From positions 26,657,648-26,721,647 of the forward strand of contig NC_092673.1 of NCBI RefSeq assembly GCF_964355755.1: a DNA stretch of 64,000 nt, given 5' to 3'. The DNA comes from Antedon mediterranea. Lineage: Eukaryota > Animalia > Echinodermata. How positions within the stretch are numbered: the stretch's first letter is position 1; each line of letters begins with the position of its first letter. The notes beneath the pieces were generated by a model. It did no database searches. It was not told the origin of the DNA and saw only the letters and a program-made list of their open reading frames with translations. This document shows, in pieces, positions 41,197-54,233 of the stretch. The position numbers and the translations under genes are program-made.

Positions 41197-43107
41197 GAGT
41201 GATGTAAAATCTCAGAACACCAGCACAAAACAGTACTGTACCTTTCGCATACGCACTATTATCTATCCAAACAAGTTTTTACACAGAGATTACGTTACGT
41301 TACACCATGACAAACCTGCGTGTAAACACCACTGTAACTAGGTAAATTTATCCCAGGAGAGATTTTTTTACATGTGTTGTATAGTAATTTGAATCAGGTA
41401 AATAGGTCACTAGCTTTTAAATCAAAATATGGAACATTAAATCAATTGTCACATAATTTTAATCTGCATACCAGATTTTATTTATTTTAAATTTATATTT
41501 TTTTATCCTTGAATTGACAGGATATTTAAAATATTGTTAACGTGTGTTTACTTGTAGTTTATTTTGCTTCCGTTAGAGGACCACATTGAAAATAAGTTGC
41601 ACATCAAGACTCATAGTTTATCCTGCATTTCTTTGTCTCTTATTCAGCTTATTATACTTTATAGAATTTAATGCGTTTTTTTGCTATTTTTGATTCGTTA
41701 TTTTAATTATATATACAGTTTTTCAAAATTACATTTAATTGCTTTTGTATTGTATGTTATTTTCTTCTTAATGAGATGCAAATAAATACAATCAACATTT
41801 CGCAAGAGATCTCCACACGAAGAAAAGAACTTTCTCCACTATTGTAGTTGGAATCCATAAAAAAAACTTGAGATATGACTTAAGTGATGTACAATTTCTT
41901 AATCTATGGACTTTGACACTTAAGAAGGAAACGTATAATAATTGCCTTTAATGGACACTGATCATTAACGCAAAAGGTAATGATATGATGGCCGTGAACC
42001 TGGCAAATTATTATTTGTACAAATATTTATACTTCCTGAGATTCACAAAGATTCTTTCCTTTTTTTATAACAGAAATGTTATTCAGAATTACGTCTAATG
42101 ATACTAATATTATTTTAAACATTTTGGCTTAATGTTATTAGAAAACAAATAATCCATTTAATATAAATAAGCCCAGTGGGCTTATGTTTGTGTTCAACAA
42201 AGATCAACTTAATGCCCATAGTAACTATTATAAATGGTCTTCAAATTAGTTAGATCAAGATATAAGCCTAGGCCTTCTGAATCGCTGGCTCTGGTGATAC
42301 AGCATAGGCCTAGCCTTCTTAGCAAGGGGCCTCGTATTCAATTGCCGCTTTTAACATAGCAATTTTAACCCAATCAAAATGTTATTTCATTAAACAATTA
42401 AATTGAAAGTTCAAATGTTATTTAGAGTTTTGAAAATTCCACGTTTAAGTGTAATTTGAACTGTATACAGTATTTAAGGTTATAAATATTTATTTTTAGT
42501 CGTTCCCCGTAAACGGGAAAATGGAAAAAGTTAAGACAACGGAATTTCACGCTAAGCTCCGCCCACTTTGGCAAATATAGATTTACAATAAAATTGTAAA
42601 AAGGAACAACAATTTAAACAATCATTTTCATTGTGTAATAAGTATAAGTGCTGATTAAAAATAAAAATGAAAAATGTTTTATTACATTTTTGAGAATTGA
42701 AACGAGTAATTTCTTTTTTTTTCTATTTTAATGTTGAAATTTTCATTATTATTCTTGAAAACCAGACCCCTGTGGGGACCGAGGTTTCTATTGGTGTGAA
42801 GTTTAATTAGTTTCATGCGTTCTCTGTATTAATAGTGAGCTGGTTTAAGTTTATATTCTATTACATTTCCCCCAAATCTATATCATTGCAAGATCGAGCA
42901 TGGCATGACCAGGTGTAAAAAGGTCTAGATTTTTTGTCTGATGTATTTATTAAATTTCTCTTAAGAAAAATAACCAAAATGTCTATTACTCACACAATTG
43001 TTAAATGTATTTCACCTGTCACGTGATGGGTCAATTAACAATACTCCTTAATTAAAAAGCAAACACACATACGTATATACAGATTACACACACCTGCTTG
43101 AGAGCAG

Positions 43108-43430
43108 AGGAACCAAAAATAATAGAAATATATTTGTTTACTGGTAGGAACTAAAAATCATAAAAATATATTTCTTTACTGGTGGGAACCAAAAATCATA
43201 TAAATATATGTTTACTGGTAGGAACCAAAAGTCATAAAAATATATATGTTTACTGGTAGGAACCAAAAATTATAAAAATATATGTTTACTGGTAGGACCC
43301 AAAAATTATAAAATATATATTTGTTTACTGGTATAGGAACCAAAAATCATAAAAATATATTTGTTAACTGGTATGAACCATAAAAATATATTTGTTTACT
43401 GGTATGAACCAAAAAGCATAAAAATATATT
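43108..43430. repeat. ~33-bp minisatellite (tttactggtaggaaccaaaaatcataaaaatatat), about 9-10 copies
   Basis: Direct tandem repeats beginning about 10 nt into the GABA-B intron. Confidence 0.92.
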
Positions 43431-43439
43431 TGCACCTAC

Positions 43440-43682
43440 CATACTGTCATTCCAGAACATTTTTAGATAGTATCCTGGTAAAATATCAGATCTATTATTG
43501 ACATCGTCTAGCGCCATCAAGGCTGCTGGAAGGCATCCTTGTCCTCCGTCCCACGTTCCGCCATTCATCGGGAATATCCCACCAATGTTAATCACAACTT
43601 CATCACCTTCTTGACCTCGGGGAGTGAAAGCAAAAAAACTGACGCAAATAACAATGCAGAACGTGATAATGTATGACGACAT
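43440..43682 (-). CDS. GABBR1: GABA-B receptor subunit 1-like class C GPCR, first coding exon (signal peptide + start of Venus flytrap domain); the gene continues beyond the left edge
   Basis: MSSYIITFCIVICVSFFAFTPRG (signal peptide-like), then INIGGIFPMNGGTWDGGQGCLPAALMALDDVNNRSDILPGYYLKMFWNDSM, closely matching the GABA-B R1 N-terminus (IGGIFP...GW.GGQAC.PA..LAL.DVN...L.G..L....NDS). Acceptor cattatag with exon start at 43745, in-frame TGA upstream of the ATG, phase-0 donor ATG|gtaggt at 43440. Confidence 0.88.
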
Positions 43683-44779
43683 CGTAGTCGTTATGTCTTC
43701 GATGAACTGTGGCAAATTTCTTCTGAATCACCAATAAGTCAATACCTATAATGATAGATTTGATTATGATCAATTTTAGTAATTTAATTAAATAAATTCA
43801 TATTTAATATGCGTCATTCATGATATCAATAAATTAATTAAATAATCCTGACTTAGGAATACATTTGTTTTATATTTATCTTTTAAAAGTAATATTGTTA
43901 TATTTGATTTATTTATTTGTCAAAAACATATGTTCATACAGAATTAGAATAAAATCTAATAAAAAAACAATAATTCTTCTTCAACTGAACTTCTAATGAT
44001 CGATGGCTAGTTGACCGCCAGGAATGGCAGTTAACTGCAGGTATGCCAGTAGATTTTACAATCATTGTGGAAATTTACTATGTCCAGCGATGTTTTAAAA
44101 AAAAATCTAAACAATTCTAGTTTGATTTGATGCTATAGTTCATATTCCATAGTTCAAAACGATAATTACAGTCAGATAATCAAAATGATCTAAATGTATG
44201 TTTTGTCACCAATTTTGTTGTTTTTGATTATAAAGTTGAGAAAATGATGTTATATCACCTTCTAAGTGACGTAAGACATTTTAGCAAGTCACGTTTTCTA
44301 TGGACTTTTCAACTCAGTTTCCGGCCAGTACTGTATTTCTAAGCACAAGTCAACTTTCGTAGCTTAATTGAACGGAATTGTGCACAAGTGTGGACAGCAC
44401 ATTTGTGTAAAAAATATGTATTTTCTGCATGGGAGAAACAGTCTTCTTTAAAGTACAGATCGATTTATAGTATTGTATTGTTACTTTCTATTTTTCATGT
44501 TCATGTTTAATAAATACTGAACAAAAACTACTTTCATCTTCCCTAAGGTTACTACCAAATAACATACATTTGTCTGTTGTCCATACTGAAAGGGGTTGAG
44601 ATGGACCACTATACATTTTAGTCAGTGTGGTTTGGTCTCTATACTGAAACATCTCATCAGCCTATACTTACACTGTACAATACTTGCTTGCTTGGAGTTA
44701 AAAAAAAAGCAGATGACTCTAAATGAGGACCCTGTTTATGTCTAGATATGGATATAATAATAATAAAAATAAATAATTC

Positions 44780-44810
<31 letters not shown>

Positions 44811-45958
44811 AATAATAATAATAATAATAAAGATTTCTAGAGCACACTTTGCCACCAAAGGTGCTCAAGGCGCTTAGGGTTAGGAGTGTTGGGGGGATGG
44901 AGGGATTTTAGATGGGTCATGTCTTTTCTTTAATAAACAATGTTTAAAATAAGTTTGATTCTATATAATAAAACATAACATCATATCTTAAGTTAATTTA
45001 TACGTAATTTTATTTTCTATGGACCAGAGATTCCGAAATAAAAGATTGAATGAATGAATGAATGAAAAACTTTAGACTAGACACTTCAATAAAAAAAAAT
45101 GAATGAATACTTTATGTCTGACTACTACAATACATCATTCTGAGGATGAGTAAACATTATTTATTAAGTATGCCAAGTCACGAAACTTCTAATTCTAGGT
45201 CAAACAACAATTGAACAAGATTAATTTCAACGTTTGAAAACGTCTAATCGAAGGCGATACCAAACAAATTGCGATGCATTGTCACGAGTTTAGAATCATA
45301 TTGTTGTTGCGAAAGAATGAAAAAATGAATCTTAATTAAGATCAATGTATAATAATGGCTTCCATTACGTACGGAATGATACTGGAGAGATTTCAGCCGT
45401 TGGAAAAACGACAGTTAAGATTCTTGATAAACCAGTTTGAGATCCTTTTGGGAAATATAATAAACATTGTTTAGCAGTAAAGTTTGTCTGTCTTATGTTG
45501 AAACTTTGATTTTTACTGACATAGGCCTACTTATTGCAAAAATACTTTACTTTGTAAATGTTTGTGAAATGCATTATTTGCAACAAGATATGCCCAAATA
45601 TGGTAGTGATATTCCCAAATATGGTAGTGATATTCCCAAATATGGTAGTGATGTCATCATGTCCATATGGACACACTACATTTTTTTCTCACATAAAGTT
45701 TGATAGTGTAGACAGAGCTTTATACAGCTTACACCCACATAACACACCCCCCTACTCCGCCAAATATCCAACTAGAACTAACATCTGAAATTTGTTATTT
45801 CAAACAAATATCATTATTGAGCCCTTTTAAGAAGTCACTACTCAAAACTCACATTTTCTGATATTTATATATATATATATATGCCATGAGCAATAACTGT
45901 TGGAATGGTGCTATATAAATCAAACGATTGATTGATTGATTTATTCACTACCATATTT

Positions 45959-46370
45959 ATAGAGTAAGTGTGGCCGAGCAGTTAAGACAGTGGAACCGTA
46001 ATCCATAGCCATAACATCGGCAAGGGTTCAAGGCTCACTCGCTCCATGGTTCTGGTGGTAGAACAAGTCTTCTCGGATAAGGACTATAAACTGTAGGTCC
46101 AGTGTACATCTGGCTCATGTGCACTTTAAAGAACCTAGTACATCTTTCGAGACGAGTAGGGGGTTACCCCAGTGTACTAGTTCATACACACACACTGTCG
46201 TGGACAGACGTAATGGGGTCGTAGTTGGCTGCCGATGACACGATGTGACCCTTAGGGGAGAAGAGTGTTGTTGAAAAGGTGTAACATCTAGTCCCCAGCA
46301 CCTTTGATTTGATCACTTGTTGCTGGAATTGCCGCTTTACATTTTTGTATATATTATTATTATATTATTA
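45959..46370 (+). mobile_element. Full-length tRNA-derived SINE with a Deu/Nin-like core
   Basis: A box tggccgagcag, B box ggttcaaggc, core taaactgtaggtcc...gtgcactttaaagaacc...gagtagggggttacccc, (TAT)n tail, flanked by the direct repeat tcactaccatattt (45945-45958 and 46371-46384). Confidence 0.85.
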
Positions 46371-48265
46371 TCACTACCATATTTTGGCATATCACTACCA
46401 TATTTGGGTACATCACACTTTTTTTCAAACTAGTGTGATAGTGTAGAGAGACCTTTACAATGATATACTGTAATGAATGTATTTGATTACCTTTTCATCC
46501 AATGTATTCAATTTCACATGTTAAGCAGTATATTATTACATTACACAAGTAATATAACAAATTTACATACATATTTTTATACCTATTTTCATTTTATATA
46601 CCTACTCCCCCGGGATCCATCACTGCATTAAGTTAATAAGTATTTCATGTGTAATGATTAAAATTCAATACATTTAGTGTATATGCTTCACCATTAAGGC
46701 CAATTTACACAGACAAGCGGAAACGGTAAGCCGAAAATCGCGGAGCTTGTCCCAAGTAGAATATGTATCTATCCTGAGCAGAAACTCCCTGTTCACTCCA
46801 TGTTGTGTAAATGGTGATAAGGAATAACATAAGATTCCAAATTGTTATTACCTTTACCGCTAGTCTGTATTAATTGGCTTTACAAGGTCTAAAGGAACAG
46901 GAGTATGTGAACTACCATTAGTTATTTTAAGTTTTAGGATCATATATTCCATTTTGCGTCACTTGTCATAATCGCCAATAAATATACTTCAATTACTTTT
47001 AATAGCAAATAAACCAACATGAAATAGCACGTAACACAGCAGCAGGTAGAGAAATTATTGAACCTATTGTTTAAATTTCTCATAATTATAGGCGTACATA
47101 AGAGAACCATGACAATGTGTTGGTGTCTGGTTAGAACATCTGCATATAAAGCAGAATGTTAGAAGTTCAAATATCCGTTTAGATTGCTTTTTCTCATTAT
47201 CGCAGATTTCCTCATCTTTATCGATTCAAGATTATTTAATTAATAAAGTATATAGTAAAGTATAATTTCTTCTAATATATATAATAATTAAATACTTACT
47301 ACTATAATATCTATATAAATAATACAAATCAAAAGACCTAACAGAAAAATTTTTGCACAAAAAAAAAATAGAAATGTTTCAACAATGTTAGTGTTTTTAT
47401 TGATGTCATTTGATGGACTTGTAGAAAGAAATATGATAGTATAAATGGTTATTCTATAGTAATATAAATACTTGCCTAATTTTGTTGTAATGTAGGAAAA
47501 AGTGTAAATTATCTATCATTATTTTGTTAGCGTCCGGTCACGTCCAGTCCAGTTGTATTTTGTTGTTTTGTCCTGCATATACTTGTTCCTCCAAGCTTTG
47601 ACCTGGGATGTTTGTTATTATTTTTCTTGTTTTTCATATTTGAAATAAAGATGATTTTATATAAGATAATAATTATAATTACACGATAAAATCATATTGT
47701 GTTCCCAAGCATACGTTGCTTTCATGGAATTAAGCGGTCCTGGACTCACGTTCCCAATAAATAAGATTCTGCGAACGTCCCTGATCTAATTTTAAGCGTT
47801 TCTTATTCATGTGTGTTAATACCCCGTGTTGTTGGTGAATGTGAGTCAATTTATTTAATTAATTTGCAGTAATAACATCGTTGAGTGATTGTGGTAGTAT
47901 TGGTGTTAAAAGAAAAACAATCTATTATAATACATTATAAAGTGTATATTGGTATTCAATCTTCATCAACTATATTATTACATGAATTTAACTCTAAATT
48001 ATTCACATTAATCACATACATTTTTTTCTTTTTACCTTGGGGTCTGTTTCTGCTGCATAGCACCAAATTATTACCGCTTATTTAAAAAATAGATTTAAAA
48101 TATAATTTTTATGACTGCGTTTTCGGTGAACCGTTTAAATCAGTTGGTGATCGTCAAAAAATTTTGCTCTGGCGGTCAATTAAAACGTTACTACAGTGTA
48201 GTTAACACAAGGCCAGCTAAGTCAATCAAATAGCCGTTATTTTGTGTTGAAACTAAAAGTTGCAC

Positions 48266-48592
48266 AGCAATGGCCGAGCGGTTAAGACAGTGGAACCGTA
48301 ATCCATAGCCATAACATCGGCAAGGGTTCGAGGCTCACTCGCTTCATGGTTCTGGTGGTACAACAAGTCTTCTCGGATAAGGACTAAAAACAGTAGGTCC
48401 AGTGTATGCATATTGCTCGTGTGCACTTTAAAAGAACCTAGTACATCTTTTGAGATGAGTAGGGGGTTACCCCGGTGTACTAGTTTACACACACACTGTC
48501 GTAGACAGATGTAATGGCGCCGTTGTTGGCTGCCGATGACACGATGTGACCCTTAGGGGAAAAGAATGTTGTTGAAAAGACGTGTAACATCT
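48266..48592 (+). mobile_element. Second copy of the same SINE family
   Basis: Near-identical to 45968-46291; A box tggccgagcgg, B box ggttcgaggc. Confidence 0.85.
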
Positions 48593-49104
48593 AAATCTAC
48601 AGCGCTCTGATCTTCATCTTCATAAAAATGTTTTTATTTGGGATTCTTTATTTGTCTCAAAAATGATAATGGATATATATATAAAAGTCTGTATAAAATC
48701 AAATATTATACAGTTGTATATTTAAACTGTTTTTTTCCACAATCTACATAATCTATAATTACATTTATAAAATAAAAACATAAAAGATAGTTTGCTTTAG
48801 TTAACCTTTCAAATTATAGGAAAAACTTTTGAAATGTATTTAATTAAATATTGCACAAAAATTATTGCCGATTTAAGTTTCTAGGAAAATGTCAACATCT
48901 ATAAACACGACTACAAAGATAATTGTTATAACCTTTACATCATTCTGGGAATCCAATATTTAATCTTGTAAAGTATTTTATCCAATGATATTTATTGTCT
49001 CAACCTTAATGGTACAGGAACGTGAAAACGTAAATTGTCAATTACATTGTAAAACAAGATTACAAAAGCTGTCTTTAAAGTATTTCATGTTTTGTTTGTT
49101 GGAA

Positions 49105-49755
49105 AAAGAGATTCAAGGTAAAGTGGTTAGAGGGAAATGGAAAAAAAGGTGTAGGGGGAGGAGGGAGGAGAGAGGAGAGATTAAAGAGTTGGTATGAGGG
49201 GATTAAAGGGAATTTAGAGGTGATTTAAGAAATAAATCCAGAGAAGATTAGGGACCTTAGAGATTATTTAAGGTAACCCAGGGATGATTCAATGTAATGC
49301 AGTGGGGATAAGGGAAATAGATGTAAGGGGAGAAGGAGATTAAAGAGTGTGTCTGGGGGGATTTAAAGGGAATTTAGAGGGTGTGCCAGAGGGGATTCAA
49401 AGTAATTTAGAGGTTATTCAAGGTAACCCATAGGGGATTTAAGGGAATTTAGATGATAATTATTTAAGAAATAACTTGGATGTTTAAGGGAAATTGAAGA
49501 TGGTCCAGTGGGAAGTAGGAGGAGAAACAAAAGTGTGCCAGAGGGGATTCAAGGTAATTTAGAAGTTATTTAAAGAACCCATAGGGGATTTAAGGAAACC
49601 CAGAGGAGTTTTACAGTGTACAAAAGAGGATTTAAAGGAATTTAGAGGTGATTTAAGAAATAAATCCAGAGAGGATATTAAGGAACCTTAGAGATTATTT
49701 AAGGTAACCCAGAGAGGATTCAATGTTAACTAGAGGGGATTTAAGGGGGACCAAT
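49105..49755. repeat. Degenerate purine/G-rich repeat (ggggatttaaaggg aatttagagg)
   Basis: Recurring 20-bp motifs and an internal duplication (about 49200-49295 vs 49628-49725). Confidence 0.75.
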
Positions 49756-51195
49756 GAGTGGACACTGATGAATCAAGTGTTAATCCAGTTAAAACAGTGT
49801 ATAAATAGTGTATTTTTAAATACTGTATATATGGCCTCATTTTCAATTATAGATCTGCTTCTCCTACTCTTGTACAATAAATGATGCATAATATAACGCT
49901 ACTATAGTATAGGCTTTATCAAAGCTTAAGAATGATTGTAATGTCCACTGTAAATTGCTTGAATAAATCAATAAAAACTAGAAAATTTGTAATTTATAAT
50001 CTGCTAAATATATTTTATCATCGTTAATCCAAAGGTATTTTATTATATTATATATTTATTTCAACTGTGCAATATAAAACATATATTTCATATAAACATA
50101 ATTTATTATTAGTACATTAGCGCGGAGTTTTTTTTTCTTGCTTGTCGCGGTGTTCAAAATCATCGTAAAGGGAGCATAGCATTATCATTTTTAATGGTTT
50201 ATTACCTGTATCCTAAACCCTTACAATGTCATTTTAATGCAATGATATATTAAAAGGCAAACTCGTAATTGTTGAATATAAATGAAATGAAATATAATTT
50301 ATTAATAAAAATGTAGCTTTTAAAAATAATATTTTCTTAAATATATTTGACGTTATGATATGGAATTCCATTTATTTAATTTTCTATGCTTTATAATTTT
50401 ATCAAATTTTTATCTTATATATTAAAATAAAAATGTAGTTTAAAATTTGTATTTTCTTTTTTTAATGTTATGTTTTGGAATTCCACTTATTCAATACTTT
50501 AGTACCACAATTTATCAATCATTTTGACAGTTTGTGACAATGTACAGTAGTAAAATATCGTAAACTATGATTAAATGAATTTTTTTTAAATAAATAAAAC
50601 ATATTTTTCTAGAAATTTACAGTAAACTTTATCATAAACCATCCTCAAAATACCTTTATAGAATTTATATACATTTATAGCATAATACCACTACACAATA
50701 AATATTATTAAATAAAAATTATTGATTAATATTCAAGTTGTTATGAATGAAAATGTTAATAAAATGAATAAAAAACAAATACGTATCTATAGTAACATTC
50801 CAAATAACAATGAGCATTATTTATTAAGAAAAATTGAAAACAAAAATTATGAAAATTCAGTAAAAAAGTAGTAGTAGTATTTCACATAAAGTACGATAAA
50901 ATTTGTATCCAATTTTGTTGCGGTGAAATTCCAAGTTTATTCAGAAACTAAACACAATTTAATTACATTTACATATAAACAAAATAATCGAACAGTAGAC
51001 CTATGCTTTATATGCAAGACATTTGTGATATGATATCACAAAAAGCCTAAAATAATTAATGTATACCTTTCTAAAACACCACGCTATCTATCTCTTTCTG
51101 ACACGTATTATTGTTTAGGTAAATTGTAACCCGTTAAGCCCCCTGTCAGAGAAATAAGAAGGGCATCCTGTCTCCAGGGACCTCCACCAGTCAAG

Positions 51196-51730
51196 TGTAC
51201 TCACCATAGGCTAGAGAAATATGAACCTTCTTAAACACACTGGTTCCCCTGCATCGACAGCAGATGTATGATCAAAATAAAGACGCATTCGACAAACTTA
51301 AACATATATATATATATATATATATATACAGTATATATAGATGATGTATAATTAGATAAAAATACGATACTCACCACAGTCAATGCTTAAATTAGTATTA
51401 CTGAGAATTTAGCACCAGACGACGTTGGCACGCGCCGACTTAGCAATGAATTAACATCAGACAGCAACGGTATAGGATGAAGCTACTAGTGTTGGGAAAA
51501 CTGTCAGCAGGCTATCTATCTCTGGTCTGATCAACCTCGCTACAAATTCACTTAACATGCATGGGCTTAAAATACTACATAGATTCATGTGTAGATATGT
51601 GTTTGCATGTTGTCAGTCACAAAATCATCAGAGCGTATCAGATGTAAGCGATATAAATCAATTTATAATATACTGTTTGATTTAGCGTGAATAATAATGA
51701 TGTTAATTTTAACTATAGAGGGCGACACTA
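51196..51730 (-). promoter_or_regulatory. Candidate promoter / non-coding first exon region of the GABA-B R1-like gene
   Basis: Two near-consensus minus-strand donors (GTG|gtgagt at 51375, ATG|gtgagt at 51205) in non-repetitive, CpG-richer sequence upstream of an exon that starts with an acceptor. Confidence 0.35.
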
Positions 51731-51942
51731 TCCTCATCTTTTTAGGAGTTGAAACTCCTCCTCATATCATCATCACCATTTATCAAACATCCATCCAAGA
51801 TATTATAACAAAAACTGTAGGTTGATGACAATTAAGACTTATGATGATAATTATTTAGAATTGTTATAATAATTATTGACGATTAATGTAGACAAGATGA
51901 AGGAAGAACAACAATGAGAATAATTATGAAAACAATACAGTA

Positions 51943-54233
51943 ATAAAGTACTGAACAGTAGGCATACTGAACAGTAGGCATAGAGGAAAAGTACTGAACA
52001 GTAGGCATACAGTAAAAATACTGAACAGTAGGCATAGAGATAAAGTACTGAACAGTAGCCATAGAGGAAAAGTACTGAACAGTAGGCATAGAGGAAAAGT
52101 ACTGAACAGTAGGCATACAGTAAAAATACTGAACAGTAGGCATACAGTAAAAATACTGAACAGTAGGCATACAGTAAAAGTACTGAACAGTAGGCATACA
52201 GTAAAAATACTGAACAGTAGGCATACAGTAAAAGTACTGAACAGTAGGCATACAGTAAAAATACTGAACAGTAGGCATACAGTAAACTAAAAGTACTGAA
52301 CAGTAGGCATAGAGTAAAAGTACTGAACAGTAGCCATAGAGGAAAAGTACTGCACGGTAGGCATAGAGTAAAAGTACTGAACAGTAGGCATACAGTAAAA
52401 GTACTGAACAGTAGGCATAGAGGAAAAGTACTGCACGGTAGGCATAGAGTAAAAGTACTGAACAGTAGGCATACAGTAAAAGTACTGAACAGTAGGCATA
52501 GAGTAAAAGTACTGAACAGTAGGCATACAGTAAAAGTACTGAACAGTAGGCATAGAGTAAAAGTACTGAACAGTAGGCATACAGTAAAAGTACTGAACAG
52601 TAGGCATAGAGTAAAAGTACTGAACAGTAGGCATAGAGTAAAAGTACTGAACAGTAGGCATACAGTAAAAGTACTGACAGTAGGCATAGAGTAAAAGTAC
52701 TGAACAGTAGGCATAGAGGAAAAGTACTGAACAGTAGGCATAGAGTAAAAGTACTGAACAGTAGGCACAGAGTAAAAGTACTGAACAGTAGGCATAGAGG
52801 AAAAGTACTGAACAGTAGGCATAGAGGAAGAGTACTGAACAGTAGGCATAGAGGAAAAGTACTGAACAGTAGGCATAGAGGAAAAGTACTGCACGGTAGG
52901 CATAGAGGAAAAGTACTGCACGGTAGGCATAGAGTAAAAGTACTGAACAGTAGGCATAGAGGAAAAGTACTGAACAGTTATAGGCATAGAGGAAAAGTAC
53001 TGAACAGTAGGCATAGAGGAAGAGTACTGAACAGTAGGCATAGAGGAAAAGTACTGAACAGTAGGCATAGAGGAAAAGTACTGAACAGTAGGCATAGAGG
53101 AAAAGTACTGAACAGTAGGCATAGAGGAAAAGTACTGCACGGTAGGCATAGAGGAAGAGTACTGAACAGTAGGCATAGAGGAAAAGTACTGAACAGTAGG
53201 CATAGAGGAAAAGTACTGAACAGTAGGTATAGAGGAAAAGTACTGAACAGTAGGCATAGAGGAAAAGTACTGCACGGTAGGCATAGAGGAAAAGTACTGA
53301 ACAGTAGGCATAGAGGAAAAGTACTGAACAGTAGGCATAGAGGAAGAGTACTGAACAGTAGGCATAGAGGAAAAGTACTGAACAGTAGGCATAGAGGAAA
53401 AGTACTGAACAGTAGGCATAGAGGAAAAGTACTGCACGGTAGGCATAGAGGAAAAGTACTGCACGGTAGGCATAGAAGAAAAGTACTGAACAGTAGGCAT
53501 AGAGGAAAAGTACTGCACGGTAGGCATAGAGGAAAAGTACTGCACGGTAGGCATAGAGGAAAAGTACTGAACAGTAGGCATAGAGGAAAAGTACTGCACG
53601 GTAGGCATAGAGTAAAAGTACTGAACAGTAGGCATAGAGGAAAAGTACTGAACAGTAGGCATAGAGGAAAAGTACTGAACAGTAGGCATAGAGGAAGAGT
53701 ACTGAACAGTAGGCATAGAGGAAAAGTACTGGACGGTAGGCATAGAGTAAAATTACTGGACGGTAGGCATCGAGTAAAAGTACTGCACGATTAAGCATAC
53801 TGTAAAAGTACTGCACAATTAAGCATTCAGTAAAAGTACTGCACGATTAAGCATACTGTAAAAGTAAGTACTGCACGGTTAGGCAAACAGTAAAAGTACT
53901 GCACGATTAAGCATACTGTAAAAGTAGGTACTGCACGGTTAGGCATACAGTAAAAGTACTGCATGATTAAGCATACAGTAAAAGTACTGCACGATTAAAC
54001 ATACAATAAAAGTACTGCTTGATTAAACATACAATAAAAGTACTGCTTGATTAAGCATACAGTAAAGTACTGCACGATTAAGCATACAGTAAAAGTACTG
54101 CACGATTAGGCATACAGTAAAAGTACTGCACAATTAAGCATACAGTAAAAGTACTGCACGATTAAGCATACAGTATAAGTACTGCACAATTAAGCATACA
54201 GTAAAAGTACTGCACAATTAAGCATACTGTAAA
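51943..54233. repeat. 27/28-bp minisatellite array, about 2.3 kb (roughly 80-85 units)
   Basis: Unit aaaagtactgaacagtaggcatagagg (27 bp), changing to aaaagtactgcacgattaagcatacagt (28 bp) from about 53780. Confidence 0.97.

Noticed and set aside
42492-42795. Possible further Helentron-like remnant (tttttagtcgttccccgtaaacgggaa hairpin)
   Set aside because: I could not define matching termini with confidence.
43683-43715. N-terminal extension of the GABA-B ORF in the ORF track (and the C-terminal run-on 43347-43439)
   Set aside because: The track start is a TTG; the first ATG is at 43682. Sequence after 43440 is intronic minisatellite.
45968-46050. tRNA genes suggested by A/B boxes (also at about 48270, 20190 and 11800)
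   Set aside because: No closed cloverleaf, and the boxes continue into SINE bodies.
51851-53816. 630-, 509- and 131-aa ORFs (MPTVQYFSS / YAYCSVLFL repeats)
   Set aside because: They are translations of a 27-bp minisatellite. Several frames are open at once, frameshifts swap the peptides, and there is no unique domain or splice context.
51943-54233. CRISPR-like appearance of regular short repeats (also 12908-13240 and 34525-34938)
   Set aside because: The units are contiguous with no unique spacers, there are no cas genes, and the context is eukaryotic.
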